DNA from: Octopus bimaculoides
Taxonomy: Eukaryota
Reading direction: 5' to 3'
NCBI RefSeq assembly: GCF_001194135.2
Contig: NC_069008.1
Location: 7,923,742-7,958,683, forward strand
Length of the DNA stretch: 34,942 nt
Shown here: one piece after another, positions 1 to 11,291 of the stretch
Position numbering within the stretch: position 1 is the stretch's first letter
Layout: the number at the start of each line of letters is the position of its first letter
The notes under the pieces: model-generated
What the model was told of the DNA's origin: nothing
Databases searched by the model: none
The model's input: only the letters and a program-made list of their open reading frames with translations
Made by a program: the position numbers and the translations under genes

Positions 1-490
1 CTGAGCAAGTGTCTTCTACTATAACCTCGGGCTGACCAAAGCCTTGTGAGTGGATCTGGTAGACAGAAACTGAAAGAATCCCATTGTATATATATATATA
101 TATATATATACATCTCTATATATGTGTGTGTGTATATATATATATATATCATCATCATCATCATCATCGTTTAACGTCCACCTTCCATGCTAGCATGGGT
201 TGGACGATTTGACTGAGGACTGGTAAAACCGGATGGCAACACCAGGCTCCAAATATATGTATGTATGTATATATGTGTGTTTTTGTGTCTATTTGTCCCC
301 ACTATCATTGCTTGACAACTTGTGATGGTGTGTTTACGTCCCTGTAACTTAGTGGTTTGGCAAAATAGATCGATAGAATAAGTACCAGGCTTAAATAAAA
401 AAAAAAGTGTTGGGGTCAATTCATTTGTCTAAAATTCTTGAAGGTAGTGCCCCAGCATGGCCACAGTCTAATGAGTGAAACAAGAAAAAG
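1..490 (+). mobile_element. SINE family A copy (tRNA-derived, internal microsatellite), 5' end cut by window edge
   Basis: Aligns with the near-complete copy at 13700-14102: GGCAAGTGTCTTCTACTATAGCC...GAAACTGAAAGAA, then (TA)n/(TG)n, then GATAGAATAAGTAC...CCAGCATGGCC...GAAACAAG. Confidence 0.85.
150..252 (-). mobile_element. SINE family C 3' fragment nested in the microsatellite of the family A copy
   Basis: Reverse complement matches the 3' end of the copies at 21628-22133 and 28190-28548 (CCAACCCATGC(C/T)AGCATGGA...CGTTAAA-(GAT)n). Confidence 0.75.
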
Positions 491-616
491 ATGTGCAAAA
501 CAAAACAGAAATTTTGAAAGAAATATCTATAAAACTGGTTTTTAAACATTGAGGGTCCACCAGAATAAAATAGTAATCAAAGGGGTCCATACGTGAAAAA
601 TGATTGAGAACCTTTG
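490..616. mobile_element. hAT-type MITE right-end fragment
   Basis: Ends GGGGTCCATACGTGAAAAATGATTGAGAACCTTTG, similar to GGTTGAGAAACACTG at about 6654-6668; the reciprocal end CAGTGGTTCTCAACC occurs at about 28866. Confidence 0.45.
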
Positions 617-734
617 CTGCAGTGGATTGAATCAACAATGGTGGATCAGTTACCATCAGTAGCTACATACTAGGTGGTATCAAAATGTCCCACGACTAGT
701 TATGTTTAACAGAAAATAACTTATTTAACCTAAA

Positions 735-1101
735 TTGGCCATGCTGGGGCACCAACTTGAAATGCTTTTTAGTTGAATGAATCATACACAGTATTTATTT
801 TTTGTAAGCCTAGTACTTATTCTATTGGGCTCTTTTGCTGAACAGCTAAGTTATGGGGGACGTAAACATGCCAACATCAGTTGTCAAGCAGTGATGGTAG
901 AGACACAGACACATATATTTATACATGTATCCTTTAAGTTCGTTTAATGAGAAACACTTTGAATATGCATATAAAAGCTCCTATTGTATTATGCCATTTA
1001 CAGCCTCATGATACAAACTGATAATACTAGTTTTTTATATGACAAGCTTCTTTCAGTTTCCATCTATCAAATTAACTCATGAGGCTATAATAGAAGACAT
1101 T
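735..1101 (-). mobile_element. SINE family A copy, degenerate, with extra sequence in the microsatellite segment
   Basis: GGCCATGCTGGGGCACC...GTAAGCCTAGTACTTATTCTAT...CTTCTTTCAGTTTCC match the reverse complement of family A. Confidence 0.8.
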
Positions 1102-1198
1102 CTTAAAGTATAGAGTTGAATTTCGTGTAGCCACCTGTTGGCAACTTTTCTCCACCACCCATTTTGTAGGGGATATTACACATAGTTAAGAGAGTGAA

Positions 1199-1513
1199 GG
1201 TGCGTGGCTCAGTGGTTAGGGGTACCCAGCCCATGATCGTAAAGTTGTGAGTACGACTCCCTGCAAAGTGCTGTGTTTTTGAGCAAAGTACTCTACTTCA
1301 CCTTTCTGCAGTTCACTCAGCTGGCAAAAATGAGTTGTAGCTGTAATTCAATGGGGCCAGCTTTGTCACATTCTGTGTGAAGCTGAATCTCCCTGAGAAC
1401 TACCTTATGGCATGCATGTCTGTGGAGTACTCAGCCACTTACGTGCTAATTTTATGAGCAGACTGTTTGTTGATCAGATAAACAGGAACCTTGTCGTTTG
1501 TAACCCATGAAGA
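1199..1513 (+). mobile_element. SINE family B (tRNA-derived), near full length
   Basis: A-box TGGCTCAGTGG at 1205-1215, degenerate B-box GAGTACGACTCC; body CACTCAGCTGGCAAAAATGAG...GCTGAATCTCCCTGAGAACTAC is repeated at 1835-1990 and 11925-12177. Confidence 0.8.
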
Positions 1514-1834
1514 GCTATTTTTTAAAAAGAGTGAAAGAAAAGGAAATGTTCCATGTTGTAAGGCAAAAATGTCATGTGTTTAGTATAAACAGTGAAAGCT
1601 AAGACGAAATAATTGCTATTCCATCATGTATTCACCCTTGACTCACGCTCAGTTTGCTAACAACAGTCTGTGCATCAGTGTTTATCTTGGGGCTTGGCCT
1701 CCAGATCTGTGAGACCCACAAATGCTGCTGTTAGGATTGGATTAACACCCATAGGGACCCTAACGACTAAAAAAGATTTTCCTGCCCCTATAAAGGATCC
1801 TTTTTTTTTATTTTCTTCCAACCACTTGAAGGTT

Positions 1835-1990
1835 TTTCTTGCTCCAGTCCACTCAGCTGGCCAAAATAAGTTGTAGCTGTGATTCAAAGAGACCAGCCTT
1901 GTCATATTCTGTGTGAGGTTGAATCTCCTTCAGAACTACGTTAATGATATGCATGTCTGTGGAGTAAGCAGCCACTAGTAAGTTGATTTT
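1835..1990 (+). mobile_element. SINE family B partial copy
   Basis: GCTCCAGTCCACTCAGCTGGCC...GAATCTCC...CATGTCTGTGGAGT matches 1310-1440. Confidence 0.8.
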
Positions 1991-2504
1991 ATCCTCGTGT
2001 TATAATGAAAAGTGAAAATGACATCCAATATTTGCTGTGTCTCTGTATCTATATATCAGCATTTCTTTCAATCTATGTATCTACTGTCTCTCTCACTCTC
2101 TCTTCCTCTGTGTCCCTCCTCTCAATGTGTGTATGTATCTATGTATCTACTTTTCTTGCGATGTGATAAATATTTAAAAAATACAAAACAAACGCCGTCA
2201 CCACTCACTGTCTCTCTCTCTTTTGCTCTTTCTCGCTTTGCCACTCACTTCTTTGAAGTGTGACACACACCGCAGGTATGTACAAAAAGAACAAGTTGGT
2301 ATATTAATATTATTGACAATAATGATGATAATAATCGTTGGATGGAATTTATATTTTAATGCATTGCTATGCACGTTTCCTAAAGGACACATGATTTGTG
2401 GAAACGTGTAGCAATGCATTGAAATATTTATAAATTCCATCCAAGAATTATTATAATCATTATTATTACTATTTACACACACACACACACATATATATAC
2501 ATAT

Positions 2505-2660
2505 ATATGTGACAGGCTTCTAGTTTCTGTCTACCAAATCCACTCACAAAGCTTAGGTCAGCCCAAGGCTTTAGAACAAAATACTTGCTCAAGGTGCAAC
2601 ACAGTGGGATGGAACCAGGAATCATGTGATTAGGATGCAAGCTTATAACCACAACCACGC
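2505..2660 (-). mobile_element. SINE family A 5' half
   Basis: GACAGGCTTC...CCAAATCCACTCACAAAGC...GGAACCAGGAATCATGTG is the reverse complement of the family A head. Confidence 0.75.
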
Positions 2661-3810
2661 CTTTGTATAAAATTTCATTAAGATATACTCATTTTTAGGA
2701 AAGTTGTGAAGAAACAAAATTCGGAGTGTATGTGTGCATGTGTGTGTGTGGGGAGGGCACAATTGTGTAGTTATGCCCCATACTTTCGGTCTATAATGTC
2801 CCGCTCACAAGGAAATTAATCAACCAAGCTGAGGGTTATAGCAGAAGACACTTGTTGGGGATGGGTGCCGCGAGAAGCAATCAAATTCGGTACCACCGGC
2901 ACACAAGCCATACTACATGCGCCTATTGAAAATGAACGGTAGGAATTTGCCAAAACGACATTCCTTAGGAGGTTATTAAAGAAATAAAAGAAAACTAGGT
3001 GTGTAATTAGTAGGACGTGTAATTATAGGATTCATTATTTCTGCTCCCCGTCCCCCTAACTACATAGAACAATCTTAATAGGAAATCATTTTGAAAGTAG
3101 AGTGACTCACGATTATCTCCCTTCTACTAACACACACAGGAAGTTAACTTGACATTAGAGAGAAACAGTCATAGGGAACAAGCGGTGGCGGTGGGGACGG
3201 CAGTGGAGTTGGTGGTAGTGGATGTAGAGACAGCAATAGTAGCGGCGATGGTGGTGGAGGTGGCGATGGTAACGATGGAGGTGGTGGTGTAAATGGAGGG
3301 AGTATGTGAGTCATTTGTGCTCTACTCCTAATCATCACTTCACACACACACACGCACAGTGATCATGTTATTTCGTAACCGTCATCCATGTATGTCTGTT
3401 GTCTATTTAGTCTCTCTCATCTAACCGCCCTACCTACCTTACCTGCCATCCCTCCGCCGCTAAATCTTGTCCCTTTTAATTTAGCATTATCAATTTATCA
3501 GATTTTCTTCATTTCCCGTCCATTTCCTACACATACAATCAGTCTCCTCATGAAAAAAAAATTCCACCAATGGGAGGATATCAAGGATTAGATATCCCGG
3601 AAAATTTACGTTTTTTTTTCTGTCACTGACCCACTACAAGGTCTCCAAAAGACTGGTGGATGCGACATGCCCTTCGCTAAGAGGGTGCACTGGACGGCAC
3701 TGCGCCTCACTATTCGATGGTGCACCCTCAGATTTAGAAACTACAGTTTACAAAAATCTTCCCGCAATACAAATTAATGCCCAGCCAGAATAATCTGAAG
3801 CATCCCCAGG

Positions 3811-3974
3811 CAGGGCCGACCAAAGGGTTGCTGGCGCCCGGGGCAAGCTGAACTTCGGCGTGTACAAGCTGACGGTCGTGGAAATTTCCTTGGCTTTGTC
3901 ACGCCCTTCTTTGCACTCTAGCACATGGCGCCCCAGGCAACTACCCGAGTTGCTGGTACCATGAGCCGGTTCTG
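3811..3974. mobile_element. Putative GC-rich MITE (hAT-like termini)
   Basis: Termini CAGGGCCGAC / GCCGGTTCTG (imperfect inverted repeat); subterminal GGCGCCCGGGGCAA / GGCGCCCCAGGCAA; no clean TSD. Confidence 0.4.
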
Positions 3975-4841
3975 CCCCCCCCAGTCTGGTGACAGGCCTT
4001 GAAAGAGGGAGAGGAGTGGAGTATCATGAAACTAAGGGCCTGGCCTGAATGCTTGCGACACAAAGGAATCCCCTATTGTAGTGCTAAGTCTACTATCCAA
4101 GTAGACGAGATTGGAACTTCGAACGTCAAGAGTCACAACAAATACCGCCTAGGCATATCTGGTCCGGCATTCTTACAGTTGTATCGGTCCACACCACCAT
4201 GCATTAGATTTTGATCTTTATCAAGATTGAAAAGACAAAACGGGAAGCTGGCCTCGGCTGGTTTTGAGCTCAGAGCACAAAGTGTCAGAACAAATATGTG
4301 GTGTTATTTTTACCTAACGCTCTAATGACTCAGTCATTTGGCCTCTAGCGATAAAGCAGAACAAGCTTAACTGCAGATGCGTGTCCCCTTCTCCACACCG
4401 TCTTAGTTTTTATCATAATTTTCTGAAAAACGAGTTTTTTAATGAGGGCATTACTACACAAGTGTGCCCCGCCAACAGTTTTCTTATAACTTTCAGTAAA
4501 ATGGATATTTTTTCCATGAAATTTTCTACAAATATCTTTCGGATAGTGTACAATACCAATATATAGGGATTTAATACGAAATAAAAACAAAAAATAGAGG
4601 GGGAAATTAGCAGACACTCACAAATCACATTTTAAAAAAAAATTTCAAGTTTTATTTTGTAGATATATATGTGCACATGTCTACCAATTTTCTTCCTTCT
4701 TTTTTGTTTGTTTCACATTAACATTCCACTATAATAGTAATCTACACTACCTAAAGGGTATTTCTAAAATATTTCATTTAAAAATATCCATGTTTCAGGA
4801 AGTTATGAGGAAACTAATTTGGGAGCAGACACTTGTGTATA

Positions 4842-5761
4842 TTAGGTCATCCCATAAATGCGTTTTTATCAATTGCATGGACTAAAAGTCTGAGGGGGAC
4901 AGGATAAATTACCTACATCAACATTTTATAAAAGCAAGTAGTAATTTTACCTTGTACTTATTGTTAGTGCCAGTTTTTGAAGAGTGCAATTTGATTTTAA
5001 CAGTTATTTTTTCAAAGCTGTAATGGAAGTGACAAAGGAGCATATTCGGCATATTTTGCTTTATGAGTTCAATAAAGGCAACAACATAGCAGAAAGTGCG
5101 AGGAATATTAATGCAGTAAATGGGGATCGGACAATAAGTGTAAACCAGTGTCAACGGTGGTTTCAGAAATTCTGAGCTGGAAACTACTGCCTAGAAGACG
5201 AGCCTCATCCTGGGAGACCTGTAGAGTTTGATGAGGACATCCTGTAAACCCTGCTGGAACAAAATCCCATTATAACTGTTGAAGATCTAGCAGAGAAGCT
5301 TGGATTTGGTCATTCAACCATTCATGGACACCTGTGTGCCATCGGAAAAGTCAGCAAATTAGGTCAATGGGTTCCTCACAAACTTTCTGAATCTAATGGT
5401 CAGCCACATACAGCAAGGATGACATTCCGAAGGCTGGAGCAGTTTGAATGGGAAACGATTCCCCACCAACAATAGTTGCCAGACATTGCCCCATCTGATT
5501 ATCATTTAATCTGCAGTCTCCAAAATCATTTTAACGGAAAAAATATAAATTCTGTCAGTGAGGTCAGAACAGTACTGGAGGAGTATTTTTCATCATGGAC
5601 AAGTGAATTTTGGAAGAGGGGCCTTGCAAGTCTACCAGATAGATGGAAGAGCATTGTAAAAAAATGGAGGAGAGTATATTTTAGATTAAAAAAGAACTTT
5701 ATCTTAATTTTGAAAAATAAAAGAAGTATAAAGAAACCACATTATTTATGGGATGACCCAA
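4842..5761 (+). mobile_element. Mariner (Tc1/mariner) transposon, internally deleted, 920 bp
   Basis: TIRs TTAGGTCATCCCATAAAT (4842-) and ATTTATGGGATGACCCAA (-5761), each flanked by TA; transposase remnant inside. Confidence 0.95.
5023..5689 (+). pseudogene. Mariner transposase pseudogene
   Basis: MEVTKEHIRHILLYEF...CQRWFQKF*...WVPHKL (WVPHEL motif) joined to (N)GQPHTA...PDIAPSDYHL (YSPDLAPSDY motif)...LPDRW; several stops and the catalytic core is deleted. Confidence 0.93.
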
Positions 5762-5989
5762 TACATACCTCTGATGAAATTTTCTACAAATACCTTTCGG
5801 ATAACGTAAATTATGAACTTGGATATTGGAACTTTATATGAAAAAAGTTCGGGTGGAGTGGGATAATACATGAACCTCACCAAAATGTGAGAATATAAAG
5901 TTAACATGCATAAATTATCCAAAACTACTCCCTCCAAAAACATTTTTTTTCTTCACAATTTATACTGTAGGAAATTCTACGAGAAAAAA

Positions 5990-6260
5990 AAGAAACAAGA
6001 ACAAAAAACACATAACTTAGAAGCAGCGCCACAGATGTACCAACACAACACACACGAGATTGAAACAGCCGACCTCACACACTTCTCATGAGGAATTCCA
6101 GAAGAAGCTTCATGAGACCACTACTGAGACGCTTCCGAAAAAAGGAAAACCGTTGGAAAACAGTTTACAGCAGAGACTCCAGCAAATAGGATCTGAAGAA
6201 GGAATTGTAATTCCGAAATATCATCGGACTACAGATAACCAAGTTACAACAGGTATATAG
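5990..6260 (+). mobile_element. Probable 3' terminal fragment of a Penelope-like element
   Basis: Differs in composition from the flanking repeat; contains a minimal hammerhead motif of the PLE pLTR type at 6190-6225; protein similarity is weak (LEAA only). Confidence 0.5.
6190..6225 (+). ncRNA. Minimal type I hammerhead ribozyme motif
   Basis: GAT-CTGAAGA-A-GGAAT-TGTA-ATTCC-GAAA-T-ATC-ATC: intact core, 5-bp stem II, AUC triplet, loopless stem III, only 3-bp stem I. Confidence 0.7.
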
Positions 6261-6742
6261 TCCATTTTTTGTTCTATAGTGCATTGTTATACCATTCTAA
6301 ACTTTTTATTCTTTACAAAAAAGACATACATTTTTCAGAATGTTATGGGGAAACAAAGTCGAGATGCAGAGATCATCTGAAACTCTCATCCCCTCCAAAA
6401 GAGTTTTTCACAAAAAATGTTAATAGTATCAAAATCTACACCATCTGAATCTTCATTCAAAAATATTCATTTTTCAGAAATTTATGAGGAAGCAAAGTCA
6501 AAGCATGTGCATTGTCTGCCACTGAATCCCGTTTCTTTGTTGTTTTTTCTACATTAAATTCTGATAGAGTCATAATCTACACCATTTGAGAGATACCTCA
6601 GAAAAATTTCATTAGAAAAATATGCATGAAAGGGGTAGATAGGCAAAAAATGGTTGAGAAACACTGGTCTCGACTGATTAGAAGAGTTTGTGTTGTGAGG
6701 TGTTGGTGATATGTCTGGGAGAGATGGTGTTGTTAGGATGGT

Positions 6743-7132
6743 GTTTCAGTCATTTGACGGCGGCCATGCTGGAGCAATGCCTTAAAGAGCTTCTTAAGTT
6801 GAAGAAATCAACCCCAGGACTTATTCTTTGTAAGCCTAGTACTTAATCTATTGGTCTCTTTTACCGAACTGCTAAGTTACGGGGGTCATAAATACAAAAA
6901 TATTGGTTGTCAAGTGATGGTCGGCAGGGGGACAAACATACACAAATATAAATATATATATATATATACACGATGGGCTTCTTTCAGTTTCCATCTACCA
7001 AATCCATTCACAAGGCTTTGGTTGATCCGAGGCTATAGTAGAAGACACTTGCCAAGATGCCACGCAATGAGACTGAACCAGGAACCATGTGGTTGTGAAG
7101 CAAGCTTCTTACCACACAGCCACACCTGCACC
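6743..7132 (-). mobile_element. SINE family A, near full length
   Basis: Continuous reverse-complement match to 13700-14102, including head, (TA)n centre and tail. Confidence 0.9.
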
Positions 7133-7353
7133 TATGAGAATGAGAAGGGAAAGTAGGGGTGATGGAAGAGAAGGGGCTGGAATAACAATGAGAAGAAAAC
7201 TTACTTGTTGATTGGTCAATGAATATTCACTTTTACCATGAACATGATTTGTAAAACTTCTTTCCTGCAACGACAACAACAACAACAACACTTAGCAATT
7301 CATAGAACACAAAAACAAAAGAAAGAAGGAAAGAAGCATAGCAAATAGCAAAA

Positions 7354-7505
7354 CATCATCATTATTTAGTGTCTGTATTCCAGGCTGGCATCGACTGAAT
7401 GGTTTGACAGGATCTCAGACAACAGTGCTGAGCACCAATATCTATTTAGGCAAGGTTTCTAAAGCTGAATGACTTTCCTAATGCCAACCACTTTACAAAG
7501 TGTAC
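7354..7505 (-). mobile_element. SINE family C 3' part
   Basis: (CAT)n tail, then a match to CTTCCTAATGCCAACCACT (reverse complement of AGTGGTTGGCATTAGGAAG at about 21719). Confidence 0.65.
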
Positions 7506-7509
7506 TTAA

Positions 7510-7727
7510 CCCTTTAGCATTTAAACCAGCCAAAATATTCTACCTGGGTTTATCTTCAAACTGGCCAGATCCGGCCTCTCACACTTACTCTACAATATTA
7601 TTCTAAAAATAAACAATCACAGCTCATGTCATTGAAATCTCTAAGTTACAAGGAAATGCAGGACAAATTCAAATCAATGTGGACAGATAAACAATACATT
7701 TGACAAAGAAAACGGAATGCTAAAGGG
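7510..7727. mobile_element. piggyBac-type MITE, 218 bp
   Basis: TTAA|CCCTTTAGCATT...AATGCTAAAGGG|CCAA: perfect 12-bp TIR starting CCC, TTAA on the left and a mutated site on the right; second copy inverted at 22533-22745. Confidence 0.75.
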
Positions 7728-8292
7728 CCAAGGATTTTGTGTGTTACTGGCATGGTCACCAAAGAGCTCACAAAACAAGATTCCTTAATTGAGGGACAAG
7801 TAGAGGCAGCCTGGTTATAGGAAAGTTCACCACCATCATTTCACTGTGAAAAAAGTTTACCGTGAGGAAAGTGTACTGAGTAAATATATCCATAATATCT
7901 CATCATTTATAGTTAAAAACTATTTTATTAGAGAAAAAAAATGGTGAACTGATGATTGAACTTATCAGACATGAAGTAGTTTACACCAGATGTTGAGAGG
8001 TAAGAGTATGATAGAAGGGTAGGGACAGGAATCTTGTAGAGGAGATACCTGGCTACCCCAGCTGGGAGTGTATCTGTGTGTATATATGCATGAGCCAACA
8101 AAAAAGGCCTCTACAGAGTTGAGGGAGATAGCAGTCAAATCTAACTTCAATCACAACCTACCATCATATGTATGTACATATGTGAGCACGCGCGCACGTG
8201 TGTGTGTGTGCATGACCTCTACATTGCGTGATAGCTAGAAAACAAGAGATGGCAGTGATAGGGTGTCAGTACTTTATCAACCCTTTTCTCTC

Positions 8293-8379
8293 CTATTTTT
8301 TCTGTTGCAAACCACGACTTGAACAATGAGATAGCAGACCTTTCTTGGTGGCCATTGGAGTATCACATCCACAACAATG
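8293..8379 (-). pseudogene. RTE-like LINE C-terminal zinc-knuckle fragment
   Basis: Minus strand reads HCCGCDTPMATKKGLLSHCSSRGLQQKK*, a C-x2-C-x12-H motif with GLxSH as found at RTE ORF ends. Confidence 0.45.
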
Positions 8380-8999
8380 AAATACTGCTGTTTGTTTCCA
8401 TAGTTTCTTGGGGTTAATGAGGATTCATTAGATATAAGTAAAGCTATATAAAAAAACGTATTCCATTTTACAACAGAAATCTTTCTTCTAACGACACTGC
8501 AGTGTTGTAACAGTTGTGTTTAGGAGACATTGCACCATTTTGAACTAAAAGTGTTATCAAGTGATTAAACAGATATTATTTGCATGTTGTCTATCACCCA
8601 CCTTAATCTTAGTTTTTGACACACAGGTTTTTGATTTGTTTAAGTAGATTTAAGTAGGCATTCAATTCAACCCTTTAACAAAATTGATTGGACCCTGAAG
8701 ACTGTCTTCAAATTGCTCTGGCATCAAAATGCCTGATTTTGACATAATTGTAACAAAGATGAAACATCATTTCTCCAAAACCTGAAGTGAAAAAGTTTTG
8801 AAAAAAATCCTTTTGTTTCATAATGAAGATATTAATTTATTTTATCACATTTGTTTTATACTTTTTATATTTATAATTGTATTTTCCATATAAATAGATT
8901 CAATAAACCTTTTGAATTAAAAGAATCAATAATTTTCTTCCTTTCAAATCAAGGGGGAAATGTCGGTGTAAATAAATATATTTTGAGATAATTGGATAA

Positions 9000-9330
9000 A
9001 AAAGTTCCCCAACCCCAGTGTTAGGGTCTCAGCTATGGCTTAATTAGCACATTTGGGCTTGCCTACCTGTGCTTGTGAAAGACTGAATCGGGCAGACTCT
9101 ACAGAAGAAGCCTTCATAGTTCCAAGGCGGGAAAGATGGCTGCAACAATGTATTATGCAATACAGAGAGCAAGATGAAGCAAGTAAGACATCTTGGTCAT
9201 CCACTACATCCGTCTCCAACCCCAGTCGTCTTGACCTGGTCTTGCCACTGGACTGAAGATGGTCATCGATGAGAGAATGAAGACCAGATGACCTACATTA
9301 CTCGAATGGAGGAAAAGGAATGTCTTCATC
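9000..9330 (-). mobile_element. Possible 5' UTR fragment of an RTE-clade LINE
   Basis: Minus strand GTCCAGTGGCAAGACC...CAAGACGACTGGGG resembles RTE 5' regions as I recall them; not verified by search. Confidence 0.35.
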
Positions 9331-9585
9331 ATTGTTGGAGCTCATGACACTGAATACTACATCTAAAATGAAAAGTAGAAGGGAGCACCAAAGTGGCCAT
9401 TCTTGGTTGCATGATAATAACTGTCATAAACCAACAGAGGAAACCTGATAGCAATAGTAGCCAAACTGCCCTCAAAATCACATTCTGCTGTCATATGTAT
9501 GTGTAAGCCAGTAAAGAAGATCTCTCCACGATAGCTAGCCCTGGTAGAGATAACTACCAAATCTTCTTTAAATCACACCCTGCAG

Positions 9586-9850
9586 TCGTGTGTGTGTGTG
9601 TGTGTGTGTGCATGCGTGCACACGTGTGTGTGTGTTAGTGACACTGCCAAATGGTGATGATGAGGGTTCCAGTGGATGTATATATATATGTATGTATCTG
9701 TGTGTGTGTATATATATGTATGTATGTATGTATGAATGAATGTGCATGTATGTGTGAATGTGTATGTTATGTATGTGTGTGAGTGTATATGTATGTGAGT
9801 GTGTGTGTGTGTGTATCTATGTATGTATGTATGAATGCATGTGTATGTGT
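9586..9850. repeat. Compound microsatellite (TG)n/(TA)n/(TATG)n
   Basis: Directly visible. Confidence 0.9.
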
Positions 9851-9879
9851 GTGCATGAACTAATGTAAAGTGATCAGTC

Positions 9880-10200
9880 AGGAATAGAGAAACTGTTGGT
9901 CCAACAGCCCCATTCTGGGTGTGATAAATGTGGGCATGTTTTCCTCACAGGTCACCTACACAAACACATTGACACTGGAAGGCCTCAAGCTGAATAAAAC
10001 CATTTCTAGCAACTAATCTAATATGCAATCTATGTGCTGGGATGTTTTCCAACTGACCCAGACTCGCAAGTCACATGAAAGTATGCAATCAATGTGCTGC
10101 TCAGAATGAATATCCCAGTGAAACACATCAATACGAATGCTGCATCTGCAACAAAAAATGCAAAGTCACTTCCTGGCATTAAAGCCATTACACTGTGTAA
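9880..10200 (+). pseudogene. RTE-like LINE 3' end with three zinc-finger-like motifs
   Basis: Frame-broken CDKCGHVF..., CNLCAGMFSN*PRLASHMKVC and CCICNKKCKSLPGIK(S)H. Confidence 0.55.
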
Positions 10201-10544
10201 CACAAATTTTGTCCTTGGGTAGCAACTGTTATTCCCTGTTTGCTTACCCCTACAAAGTATGGAAAATGGTTAATATTTCTTTCAAACTTTGGCTTTTGTT
10301 ACATTTATTCAAACCCCAAAGAATCCCTCTCAACACATAGCTATGATGTTCCCCAACTATTCCTGCTCATCATCAGAGATGCACATATTGTCAGCCACAA
10401 GTGGTTATGGCCAGGAACTGACAAGCATACCTGTGGTATTGTGCAGAATATTTGCTATAATAAAATTTCTGCTTCAGCAAGCCAAACTAAACTAACTAAA
10501 AACTAAACATTTTGGAGAAGTCATTCAAATAATTCCTATAAAAA

Positions 10545-10960
10545 TAGGTTTAGGTGTGGCACAAAGCTTGCTTCCCTACCACGTGGTTCCAGGTTCAGTC
10601 CCACAGCATGGTATCTTGGGCAAGTGTCTTCTACTATAGCTTTGGGCTAACCAAAGCCTTATGAGTGGCTTTGATAGATGGAAACTGAAAAAAGCCCATT
10701 GTATATGTATGTATGTATATCTAAGTGTGTGTGTGTCTTTGTGTGTGTTTCTTCTCCCATCACTGCGAGACAACCAGTGTTGATGTGTTTACATCCACAC
10801 AACTTAGCAGTTCAGCAAGAAAGACCAATAAAATAAGTACTAGGCTTAAAAAAACAAGTCCTGGGGGTTGATTTGTTTGACCAAAAACACTTCAAGGTAG
10901 TGCTCCAGCATGGCCGCAGTCAAATGATTGAAACAAGTAAACGAATAAAAGAATAAAAAG
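10545..10960 (+). mobile_element. SINE family A, near full length
   Basis: Head CCACGTGGTTCCAGGTTCAGTCCCAC (B-box), TA/TG centre, tail GAAACAAGTAAA. Confidence 0.88.
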
Positions 10961-11291
10961 GTACAGTTACTGGAGGAGACAATTTTTGAAGCTTTGTTGT
11001 AAAATGGTGTCAGAAATTATGTGTCAAAGCCAACTGGCATCTCATCTGATGTGGAAGCTAATTAGCAGAGTAATTACAGGATTGGTTGAGTTCAAATCAT
11101 ATGTAAGTCAACTTTGTCTTTCACCTTCTTGGGTTCAATAAATACTAGTCTAAGCAGGTGGATTGGCAGAAATGTTAAAGCATCTGGCAACATTTTTTTT
11201 GGGCTCTTAGAAATCTGAGCTCAAGTTGTAATAAGATTAGCTTTGCTTTTTCATCCTTCCAAGAGCTGATAAACAAAGTACAACAGAATCA

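Larger units (their letters stand above)
4400..6668. repeat. Degenerate internally repetitive element hosting the mariner and a Penelope-like fragment
   Basis: Recurrent motifs GAAATTTTCTACAAATA(T/C)CTTTCGGATA (about 4518 and 5776), AATCTACAC (4739, about 6433, about 6575) and TTTCAG(G)AA...TTATG(A/G)GGAA (about 4795, 6335, 6475); ends in hAT-like GGTTGAGAAACACTG at about 6668. Confidence 0.45.

Noticed and set aside
2259-2275. Possible 17-nt micro-exon (pyrimidine tract, AAG, then CAG|GTATGT)
   Set aside because: Splice-like signals alone are common by chance; needs RNA-seq
3681-3729. 10-bp inverted repeat GAGGGTGCAC/GTGCACCCTC
   Set aside because: Probably a MITE subterminal remnant, but no termini or TSD could be identified
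9253-9290. CTGAAGA-TGGTC...GACCA
   Set aside because: Followed by GATG rather than GAAA; I also could not fold an HDV-like ribozyme in this putative RTE 5' region
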